In this document: piece after piece, positions 22,913 to 32,084 of the stretch
How the letters are laid out: each line of letters opens with the position of its first letter
How positions within the stretch are numbered: the stretch's first letter is position 1
Source: Octopus bimaculoides
Taxonomy: Eukaryota
Direction of reading: 5' to 3'
Length of the DNA: 32,888 nucleotides
Assembly (NCBI RefSeq): GCF_001194135.2
Contig: NC_069010.1
Location: 3,369,029 to 3,401,916, forward strand
Notes under the pieces: generated by a model
Seen by the model: the letters and a program-made list of their open reading frames with translations, nothing else
What the model was told of the DNA's origin: nothing
Database searches by the model: none
Program-made: the position numbers and the translations under genes

Positions 22913-23150
22913 CGAATTATCTACAACTTCCAGAGAGTCTCAGACATTTCAAGAAATCATTTCCTACATATCTTTGGTCTTTATGACTTCTGTACATCTT
23001 CCACAGACAAACACTACTTCCTCTGTTAATCTTCCTATTATTTCACTGCATCTCTTGTGTGTCAATAGTTTGCACTGGGCACACCAAATGAAATTTTTGC
23101 CAATACCTTTACGGTATATCGTACAGGGTTGTTTTACTTGAAGGGTGAAG
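22913..23150 (-). mobile_element. RTE-clade LINE fragment with PHD-like finger, immediately upstream of the RT 'EVVD.F.YLG' segment
   Basis: Translation PCTIYRKGIGKNFIWCAQCKLLTHKRCSEIIGRLTEEVVFVCGRCT...DSLEVVDNS. It ends in the same EVVD motif that begins the 4010-4620 fragment. Stops follow the finger. Confidence 0.7.
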
Positions 23151-23329
23151 GGTCCTGTCTGATTTCTTGCTTACTAGAACATACAAAAATTTTATGTGTG
23201 CCTCATGTGTGTGTGTATGTGTGTGACCCCAATGAAAGAAAAAAAGAACAAACAAGCATCATTGATTTTTTTTTTAACTTTTTTATGTTTGAATTTATTT
23301 ACAAAATTAAACTAACACATTGCAAAAAG

Positions 23330-23507
23330 ACAGATAGATATAGATAGATAGAGAGAGAGAGAGAAACCGACAGATAGATAGAGAGAGAGAGAAACTGACA
23401 GATAGATAGAGAGAGAGAGAGAGAGAGAAACCGATAGATAGAAAGAGAAACCAGTAGACAGAGAAACCGATAGATGGATAGAGAGAGAAACCAATAGATA
23501 GAAAGAC

Positions 23508-23538
<31 letters not shown>

Positions 23539-23580
23539 AATTGATAAACAAGCTGGTTGACAAACAGGCAGACAGATAGA
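23330..23580. repeat. (AGAT)n/(AG)n compound repeat with a recurring GAGAAACC unit
   Basis: Directly visible. Confidence 0.9.
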
Positions 23581-24195
23581 AAAAAACTACTTCTTTCTTC
23601 ATCTTTGTTGTCTGTATTTTTCTAANNNNNNNNNNNNNNNNNNNNNNNNNNNNNNNNNNNNNNNNNNNNNNNNNNNNNNNNNNNNNNNNNNNNNNNNNNN
23701 NNNNNNNNNNNNNNNNNNNNNNNNNNNNNNNNNNNNNNNNNNNNNNNNNNNNNNNNNNNNNNNNNNNNNNNNNNNNNNNNNNNNNNNNNNNNNNNNNNNN
23801 NNNNNNNNNNNNNNNNNNNNNNNNNNNNNNNNNNNNNNNNNNNNNNNNNNNNNNNNNNNNNNNNNNNNNNNNNNNNNNNNNNNNNNNNNNNNNNNNNNNN
23901 NNNNNNNNNNNNNNNNNNNNNNNNNNNNNNNNNNNNNNNNNNNNNNNNNNNNNNNNNNNNNNNNNNNNNNNNNNNNNNNNNNNNNNNNNNNNNNNNNNNN
24001 NNNNNNNNNNNNNNNNNNNNNNNNNNNNNNNNNNNNNNNNNNNNNNNNNNNNNNNNNNNNNNNNNNNNNNNNNNNNNNNNNNNNNNNNNNNNNNNNNNNN
24101 NNNNNNNNNNNNNNNNNNNNNNNNNNNNNNNNNNNNNNNNNNNNNNNNNNNNNNNNNNNNNNNNNNNNNNNNNNNNNNNNNNNNNNNNNNNNNNN

Positions 24196-24375
24196 NGTGG
24201 TGGTGGTGGTGTTGTTGTTGCTAATGTTGTAGTTGTTAATGTTATGGTTGGTGGTGGTGGTGGTGGTGGTGGAAGTGGTGACTAGTAGTTGCGAAGATAG
24301 TTGCGTTGATGGGAATGGTGATGGAGGTTTTGTCTTAATGTAATTGTTCTTGTGATAGTTGCTGTTGCTGTTGTT
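24196..24375. repeat. (GGT/GTT)n trinucleotide low-complexity tract
   Basis: Directly visible. Confidence 0.85.
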
Positions 24376-24519
24376 TCCTAGACGATAAAAATTGTGTCCC
24401 TTGGAAACATCAGAACTTTTTTTTTCGTTCGGAAAAAAAAAAAAAAAAAAAAAAAAAAAGGAGCAGGGAACAGAAAAAGATAGGATTTCATCAAGATCCA
24501 TTGTTTATATGTGGCATTA

Positions 24520-25320
24520 CTAGACTGGGATTAAATACTTCGGATTAGGGCAGGATTAGACCCCTGGAGAGACAGGTTCACTTACAAATTAGGGAACTGG
24601 GGGTTTATAGGGAGAAGAGATAGGTCTGGAGATCAAGGTTTATGTATGGATCAGGGATTGGGGATAATATAGGTTTATGCATGATTAGGGGCCTGGAGAC
24701 AAGGGTTTAGGAATGGATTAAGGTTCTAGAGACCAGTGTTTACATACAGTCAAGAGATGGGAGATTATACATGGATCAGGGGACAGGGGAATTGTAGGAG
24801 TTTGTGTATGGCTCAAGGTTATGGTAGCTAGATTTATGAATGGATCAGGAAACTGAGGATTATAGAGGCTTATGTGTGGATTAGGGCCTTGGAGACAGGT
24901 TTATGTATGGATTAGAAGTCTTGAGATAGATTAAGGGTCTGGAGATCAAGGTTTATATGGATTAGGTTCCTGGAGATAGGCATTTATGTATAGACAGGGA
25001 TATTAAGTCCCTATCCATATATAAATCCCATTTAATATGGGATTAAGGACTGGGATAGGGATAAAGATTTAATGTGAGATTTCAGACAAGAAATAGGGTT
25101 TACATATGGAATAAAGTTCAATGTGGCTTCAGGGAACAGGGAATTTGGGGTTATTTACAGACAGGGATTAATGGATTAATTATGAGATTAATGGTCTGGA
25201 AATATGGCATAAGGGGTCAAAGTTTAATATAGGATCAGTGAACAAAATGTAGGAGTTTATACATAACTGGGGTTGTGCGTTGGATTTTAGCGATGAGGGG
25301 GGTCTGTCTTAGGGATGTTG
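24520..25320. repeat. Highly degenerate G-rich minisatellite (GGATTAGGG..CTGGAGACAGGTTTATGTAT-like, ~30-35 bp)
   Basis: Recurrent GGATTAGGG/GGATCAGGG, CTGGAGA(C/T)A and GGTTTAT(G/A)TA words with strong G skew. Confidence 0.6.
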
Positions 25321-25524
25321 GGATGGTTGGCAGGATGTATGTGTGGGGGAGGGGGTCTTGGGAGTATTTATCTATTTTAAATCGTTATTGGTGACCAATA
25401 GTGTTGTCGTTAGGGGTTTCTAGCAAGGTCCAGTCTCCGGATCACTGGGTTTTAGTGGGCTGGAGGGTGTGAAGGAAGGAAGGAAGGAAGGTCTGTCAGA
25501 AAGTTTCTTTATAAAAAGGAGACC

Positions 25525-26660
25525 ACAATGTGGTCGCTCAAACTGTTAGAAATAGCAACACATGCCTTCTTCAAATCACATCGTACTATTTTAAACAAGG
25601 AAGTATACATTAGATGATGTAGTCCTAGGTACACTATGCCTGAATAAAGGACAGGATGGTCATAACTAGAACACCTTTGATCATAGGTCTGCTGGATCAG
25701 AACTGACCTGGGGCTAAAAAAACAATAACAAGGAAGGACATATTAGATAATGTAGTCCGAGGTACACTATGTCTGAATAGAAGACAGGATGGTCATGGCT
25801 GGAACATCTTTGATCATAGGCCTACTGGATCAAAGCTGACATAGAGTTAAACAACAAGGAAGGACACATTAGATAATGTAGTCCTAGATACACGATGTCT
25901 GAATAGAAGACAGGATGGTCATGGCTGGAACATCTTTGATCATAGGCCTACTGGATCAAAGCTGACATAGAGTTAAAGAACATGGAAGGACACATTAGAT
26001 AATGTAGTCCTAGATACACGATGTCTGAATAGAAGACAGGATGGCCATAGCTGGAGCACCTTTGGACATAGANNNNNNNNNNNNNNNNNNNNNNNNNNNN
26101 NNNNNNNNNNNNNNNNNNNNNNNNNNNNNNNNNNNNNNNNNNNNNNNNNNNNNNNNNNNNNNNNNNNNNNNNNNNNNNNNNNNNNNNNNNNNTATGTCTG
26201 AATAGAAGACAGGATGGTCATGGCTGGAACATCTTTGATCATAGGCCTACTGGATCAAAGCTGACATAGAGTTAAAGAACATGGAAGGACACATTAGATA
26301 ATGTAGTCCTAGATACACGATGTCTGAATAGAAGACAGGATGGCCATAGCTGGAGCACCTTTGGACATAGATCTATTGGTCCAGCCCCAACAGGGCTGAC
26401 CTTGGGCTAAACAAAAAGTGCTAGGGAGGACACATTAGATAATGTAGTCCTAGATACACGATGTCTGAATAAAAGACAGGATGGTCACAGCCGGAGCACC
26501 TTTGGACATAGATCTATTGGACCAGCCCCAACAGGGCTGACCTTGGGCTAAACAAAAAGTGCTAGGGAGGACACATTAGATAATGTAGTCCTTGAACGTC
26601 TTTGATCATAGGTTTAGTGGATCAGGACTGACCTAGGGCTAAACAACAACAAAAACAACC
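25525..26660 (+). repeat. Same family, about 8 tandem units of 125 and 141 bp, ending in an (AAC)n tail
   Basis: ACATTAGATAATGTAGTCC recurs at ~25607, 25741, 25867, 25992, 26291, 26432 and 26573. Confidence 0.85.
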
Positions 26661-26707
26661 CCATATCATTCCACGTTAATAATTATTTCAGTTCTGGACG
26701 GCTTTGG

Positions 26708-27190
26708 TTGTTATTGTTTAGCCTCAGTTCAGCCCTGATCCCCCACAGCTATGATCTGTGACCATCCTGCCTTTTATTCAGGCATAGTGTATCTAGGATT
26801 ACATCATCTGATGTGTCCTTCTTTGTTGTTGCTGATGTTGATATCGTTGTTCAGCAGCAGGTCAGTGTTGATCCACCAGAACCATGATAGAAAGTATATC
26901 TAGGACTACATTATCCAATGTGCCCTTCCCTGTTATTTAACCCTAGGTCAGTCCCCATCCAGTGGACCTACAATGAAAGACAGTTGTTTCAGCTGTGACC
27001 ATCTGATTGTTCTTTTATTCAGACATAGCACAGTAGTGCTCCAGCATGACCACAGCCACATGGCTAAAACAAATAAAAGAGTATCTAGGACTACATTGTC
27101 TAATGTGAGTTTACATTTTCTTGATGGCAAGTGTTTGATTTTGAGGAAAATTCTGTAGCTATTTTGAGAACAGTGAACGGTCACATGGAG
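26708..27190 (-). repeat. Same family, about 3 units, inverted relative to 25525-26660
   Basis: Units begin GTTGTTATTGTTTAGCCTCAG and GTTATTTAACCCTAGGTCAG, with the terminal module at ~27095-27190. Confidence 0.75.
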
Positions 27191-27342
27191 GCAGATCCAT
27201 CTGTTTCTATTTCTTTCACACATTTAGTGATTGGTGGGGGTGAGACATCAGCATTGATGGAAGGAGGGGCCGTGCCCCCACATTTTTTTAAAATAAGGTG
27301 GGAATGGAGACTGGAGCAGTGGGGTGGGTCCTCTCTCAACAT

Positions 27343-30300
27343 TCATGGTTGTGGTGCCGTCCGAGAGGACTGGACTTTAGCCGACTGACAGTATCGGCCC
27401 TTGTGCGAGAGTTTGTGCCGGAGTAGCATATAGGAGTGCAAGAACTGCCTGCCGCAACTGTTGCATCTGTAAGTCTGTTTGTCTCCTGACTGGTGCAGTT
27501 GTACATGTTCCTTCAAATCCTTGCAATTCGAGTAACTATCACCACAAATGTCGCACTTAAACGGCATGTCACTGCTGCTGCCACCACCTCTACTGCTGCT
27601 GCCGCTGCCACTGCCACTACCTCCACTGCTGCCTCTACCACTGCGGTTGTCATGGTTACGGTCTTGATAGTCATCGTGGTAGTTGTGGTGCATCAGTTGG
27701 GCATGAAACTTGAGTTGTTGTCGTGTCTTGAACGGCTTGTCGCACGTGTTGCATCTGTGCATTTTCAGTTTCGATACCATGTTATGTGTGCGCAGGTGAA
27801 TGCTGAGGTTGCCCGGTCGAGCAAATCGCTTGCCACAGTGGTCGCAACCGTAAGGCTGTTCGCCCGTGTGCGTGCGCCGATGAAACACGAGGTTGCATTT
27901 CTGCGAGAAGGACCTACAACAATAGTCACAGACGAAGGCCTTCTCGACAAAGTGTACCAGTCGCCTGTGACGTTTCAAGTCAGACTCACAGAGAAACGCC
28001 CGCCGACACTGGGTACAGTTGTAGTTTGACAAACGGTGGTGTTTTGCTTGCCGATGCGAGAACAGAGAGAGAAACTGCTCAAAGATGTTGCCACAGACTT
28101 CACATTGGTACAGGATGCTGCCCTCTACCTCTTCATGGCTGTTTATGTGTCTAATGAAAAGACACCCAATGGAGAATATATCCCCACAGATTTGGCACTT
28201 GAATGGCTTGTCTTTGGGACTTTGTGCAAGGAACTCAACCAGAGCTTTGCTATGATTCTTCCCACAATGTATACAGAGATGTTCCCTACCGTCTTTATTT
28301 TCTTCTCCTTCTTTCTGTTCATTTTTACCATCGTTTCCTTTTTCCTGTTTTGCATTTTCCCCCGGTTTGTCTTCAACCAGCATCATTGTTTGACTTTTCT
28401 CTGCAGCATCAATTACTCTGCCTTCAGGAATTCTTGGAGAACTCGCTTCATTTTCAACTTCCTGTTTCACCGCCAACACGAAATCATTCCTCGTTTCCCC
28501 TCGTTCTTCAACCGGTGCACGTTCTGCTAGTTCTCGTTTCACGGAGGACTGCGGCACGACTTCACGTCTCTCGGGGACAGCATCAGATTCCACAACCATT
28601 TCATAATCCGAAGAATCTCTTTCCCGCTTAATCCACTGTTCCACTTCAACGTCAGCTTTCACTGCGGCTTCAAGTTTGTTCTCCTCACCATTCCGAGAAG
28701 GTGTTTCACTATGCATCACAACTTGAGACGACATCTCAACAGAGGCAGACATAGATTCTATTTTGCCAGTGTCTTTGGCAAAGTTCTCAAAACCTTTGTC
28801 TTCAGTATTTTCAGCTGGTTCTGATTTTACAAGGGATAGAGGCTGCTCTTCTTGATCCCTTTCTAGATTTGGGCCCAGATTGGAACTTTTATTACAATCT
28901 GGTTCTCGATCAGATTTGGTTTTGCAGGCTTTCGTTTTCATCTCGGAATAATTAATGCTGTTATTGAGATGAAGACTTGTAGAGTCTGCGATGCTGATTT
29001 CCATCGCTTCTGCTGTCTGTGTTGGTGCCGTCACAACAGGTGAAGCAACACTGCATGGATGAGATTGCACAATGGCACCGTAATTTGGTATCTTTAAGGG
29101 GTTCGTCTCTGTCGACGGCAATTTCAAAATCAGGTAATTCTCCATAACCACTGGACTGACGACCCCATTGTTACTTTTGCCATTGACTTTTGGTGTAGAA
29201 ATGTTGTTCTTAGGATCGGACACAGCGACCGCTCCGAGTTGTTGTTGCTTCTTCTCAAGCGAAACACCATTGCTTAGAAACCCTGCTGAATCGACCTTCT
29301 CTGGTGATTTCAGAATCTTCACCGGAACATTCTGACCGGCAACAAGCACTGGTCTGTCATGCCTTACCTGTTGAATGACTGAATTTCGCTGTATGTTCAG
29401 CAGAGGAGATGGCGGACAAATATTTATTGCCGAGTTCAACTGAGTCTGCGGTTTACTAAGTAAATACACAGTTTTGGCTCCCAGATGAGCTGGTGTTAGA
29501 TTCTCTATAACAGGGCCCCGTTTTTTTATGGCTGGTTCCGTATGCTCTGAAAGAGCAACACCTGTTGGACCCAACTGTGTTGCCAACAGCACTGGGATTG
29601 GTTTGGAGTCGGAGTTCTCTTTGAGAGCAGTGGCTTTGGGTTTCTCTTTTGCTTGCATCTGAGTTTGCTGCGGCGCAGTCTTGCGGTTATGAGAGAGGTT
29701 TTGGTTGCAGAGGGTGCTGGCGTGTTTACTGTCACCCGCGGAGACACTCACCGAGACAAACTGCTGTTCATGCAATTGTTGATGCACCTTCAGCACATTG
29801 TCGTGTTTGAAGCTTTTTCCGCAGATGTTGCACTTATGCGGCTTTTCCTTTGTATGCGTCTTCTTGTGAATGAGCAGCTGCGACAACTGCGGGAAATTCT
29901 CAAAGCAGATGTCACAGGAATGGAATGGTTTCAGGACAGCCGTATTCTTCTGGAGGATTTCATCGATCCTCAGAGAAAATTTTTTCTTACTCACTCTCAG
30001 AGGGTCCTCATGAAGTCTGTTAACGTGTTTCTTCCGCGATTCCTCATCGCCGAACCTCTTGTCGCAGTGGTTGCAGGCAAACATCAGATGGTCTTTCCGG
30101 TGAGTGATCAACTCCAAAAAATCCCCGAAAAGAGTGCCGCAGAATTCACACCGATACAGACTCTTCCCAAGATGCAATTCCATGTGTTTCACAAACAGGC
30201 ACGAGTCAGAAAACGCCTGGTTGCAAAACTGGCAGCGAAAAGGTTTTCCTTTTCCAACAGTTTCAAGGTCAAAGGTCAGATCTTCACCATGATCTTTCTC

Positions 30301-30378
30301 ACACAACGTACAAAATTTTTGTTGGCCCAAAATAACCGCTTTGCAGTTTGCCGAGCAATTATTCTTTCTTTTAAGCAT
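27343..30378 (-). CDS. C2H2 zinc-finger protein, 1011 aa, 13 canonical fingers (5 N-terminal, 8 C-terminal) around a long low-complexity linker; single uninterrupted ORF
   Basis: 3036-nt stop-free ORF with repeated (F/Y)xCxxC..F...L..H...H units and TGEKP-like linkers (HTKEKPH, HTGEQPY). No specific orthologue recognised. The start codon is not confirmed. Confidence 0.93.
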   Translation of the reverse strand: MLKRKNNCSANCKAVILGQQKFCTLCEKDHGEDLTFDLETVGKGKPFRCQFCNQAFSDSCLFVKHMELHLGKSLYRCEFCGTLFGDFLELITHRKDHLMFACNHCDKRFGDEESRKKHVNRLHEDPLRVSKKKFSLRIDEILQKNTAVLKPFHSCDICFENFPQLSQLLIHKKTHTKEKPHKCNICGKSFKHDNVLKVHQQLHEQQFVSVSVSAGDSKHASTLCNQNLSHNRKTAPQQTQMQAKEKPKATALKENSDSKPIPVLLATQLGPTGVALSEHTEPAIKKRGPVIENLTPAHLGAKTVYLLSKPQTQLNSAINICPPSPLLNIQRNSVIQQVRHDRPVLVAGQNVPVKILKSPEKVDSAGFLSNGVSLEKKQQQLGAVAVSDPKNNISTPKVNGKSNNGVVSPVVMENYLILKLPSTETNPLKIPNYGAIVQSHPCSVASPVVTAPTQTAEAMEISIADSTSLHLNNSINYSEMKTKACKTKSDREPDCNKSSNLGPNLERDQEEQPLSLVKSEPAENTEDKGFENFAKDTGKIESMSASVEMSSQVVMHSETPSRNGEENKLEAAVKADVEVEQWIKRERDSSDYEMVVESDAVPERREVVPQSSVKRELAERAPVEERGETRNDFVLAVKQEVENEASSPRIPEGRVIDAAEKSQTMMLVEDKPGENAKQEKGNDGKNEQKEGEENKDGREHLCIHCGKNHSKALVEFLAQSPKDKPFKCQICGDIFSIGCLFIRHINSHEEVEGSILYQCEVCGNIFEQFLSLFSHRQAKHHRLSNYNCTQCRRAFLCESDLKRHRRLVHFVEKAFVCDYCCRSFSQKCNLVFHRRTHTGEQPYGCDHCGKRFARPGNLSIHLRTHNMVSKLKMHRCNTCDKPFKTRQQLKFHAQLMHHNYHDDYQDRNHDNRSGRGSSGGSGSGSGSSSRGGGSSSDMPFKCDICGDSYSNCKDLKEHVQLHQSGDKQTYRCNSCGRQFLHSYMLLRHKLSHKGRYCQSAKVQSSRTAPQP

Positions 30379-30512
30379 ATTTGCAGTTTATTTTTCAACA
30401 GGAAAGTCAGTTCTTTTTAAGCTTGTTTTTGTTGTTGTTATTTTTTTTTAAGATTGGTAAAAAAATTTTTTTGTTTCTTTTTAAAAACAATATAAAAATA
30501 TATCAAATATGC

Positions 30513-30547
<35 letters not shown>

Positions 30548-30716
30548 AATTAAATTAAGTAAAAAATAAAAATTGATCTGTTCTGACTGATTCCAGCCAA
30601 TTCCTAGCAGACATTCATCATTACTATTATTGCTTCTTGCTGTTGTAATGCCTTTCCAACTGCTCTCAGCATCTTCATCTTACAATGTCAGCTTTGGTGC
30701 GTCATCATCCTGCCAC
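30379..30716 (-). other. Putative 5' UTR portion of the ZNF coding exon, beginning at a splice acceptor
   Basis: On the minus strand TTTGTGTTTTTCAG|GTGGCAGG (AG at 30718-30717) marks a boundary from repeat-rich to unique sequence. No convincing acceptor lies between it and the ATG at 30378. Confidence 0.45.
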
Positions 30717-30751
30717 CTGAAAAACACAAATTTATATATATATATATATAT

Positions 30752-31050
30752 CATCATCATCATCGTTTAACGTCCGCCTTCCATGCTAGCATGGGTTGGA
30801 CGATTTGACTGAGGACTGGTGAAACCGGATGGCAACACCAGGCTCCAATCTAATTTGGCAGAGTTTCTACAGCTGGATGCCTTTCCTAACGCCAACCACT
30901 CAGAGAGTGTAGTGGGTGCTTTTACGTGTCACCCGCACGAAAACGGCCCACGCTCAAAATGGTGTCTTTTATGTGCTACCCGCACAAGAGCCAGTCCAGG
31001 GGCACTGGCAACGATCTCGCTCGAAAACCCTACAAAGGCCAGTCAGGCGG
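30752..31050 (-). mobile_element. RTE 3' UTR-derived repeat
   Basis: Near-identical reverse complement of 19090-19410, with an (ATC)n terminus. Confidence 0.75.
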
Positions 31051-31366
31051 TATATATATATATATATATATANNNNNNNNNNNNNNNNNNNNNNNNNNNN
31101 NNNNNNNNNNNNNNNNNNNNNNNNNNNNNNNNNNNNNNNNNNNNNNNNNNNNNNNNNNNNNNNNNNNNNNNNNNNNNNNNNNNNNNNNNNNNNNNNNNNN
31201 NNNNNNNNNNNNNNNNNNNNNNNNNNNNNNNNNNNNNNNNNNNNNNNNNNNCAATATATGCATATATATCTATATCTAAACATGTGTATGCAAATGTATG
31301 TATATATACACACACACACACACACACAGACATACATATATTCATACATGTGTATGTGTATATATA

Positions 31367-31665
31367 TAGGCACAGGAGTGGCTCTGTAGTAAGTAGCTTG
31401 CTTACCAACCACATGTTTCCAGGTTCAGCTTTAGGCCAACCAAAGCCTTGTGAGGGGATCTGGTAGACAGAAACTGAAAGAAGCCCATCGTATATATATA
31501 TATATNNNNNNNNNNNNNNNNNNNNNNNNNNNNNNNNNNNNNNNNNNNNNNNNNNNNNNNNNNNNNNNNNNNNNNNNNNNNNNNNNNNNNNNNNNNNNNN
31601 NNNNNAACCCGGAACCATGTGGTTGGTAAGCAAGCTTCTAACCACACAGCCACTCATGCGCCTAA
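31367..31665. mobile_element. Two opposed family A SINE heads (+ 31367-31491 with internal deletion; - 31607-31665) flanking a gap
   Basis: Homology to the family A head on opposite strands. Confidence 0.65.
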
Positions 31666-32050
31666 TATAGGTAGTGTTGTGTGATGATTGTGGTGGTTGT
31701 GGTGGCAGTTTTATGTAGGTGGTGTCGTGTGATGGTGATGGTGGTTGCTGTGGCGATGGAGATTGTGGTGATGCTGATAGTGGCTGATTGTGGTGATGAT
31801 GGTGGCGGTAGTGTTGTTGTTGGTGGTGGTGGTGGTGGTGGTGGCAATACTAGTTAGGCGCGGTATAAACAATATGGTGATTGCAATGATGGTGGCTCGT
31901 GTTAGCTAAGCCGGTAACATTGGTGAAAATAGTGTCAGCTGTTGTAGATGATGACGATGATAATCTTGATGATGACAGTGATGACAACGTTTATGAATAT
32001 GATGGCGGCGAATACGGAACAAGAGCGGCGGCGGCGGCGGGCGTGCTTCG
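31660..32050. repeat. (GGT)n/(GAT)n/(GGC)n trinucleotide low-complexity tract
   Basis: Directly visible. Confidence 0.8.
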
Positions 32051-32084
32051 ACGTGTGTGTGCATGTGCGTGTACTTTTTGTTTC

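Noticed and set aside
23599-24501. 300-aa minus ORF with poly-F/T/N
   Set aside because: Made of a poly-A run, trinucleotide repeats and a 570-bp gap.
25856-26372. Apparently perfect higher-order repeat on either side of the gap at 26073-26192
   Set aside because: Sequence before the gap is repeated almost identically after it, which is typical of overlapping contig ends. The unit count may be inflated, so this is not evidence of recent amplification without long reads.
25590-26660. CRISPR-like array or hammerhead-ribozyme retrozyme
   Set aside because: Units are contiguous with no unique spacers, in a eukaryotic context, and I found no CUGANGA...GAAA core by eye.
27493-30420. Plus-strand ORFs of 178, 164, 142 and 255 aa opposite the ZNF gene
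   Set aside because: Antisense shadows of a real coding sequence, with no recognisable motifs.
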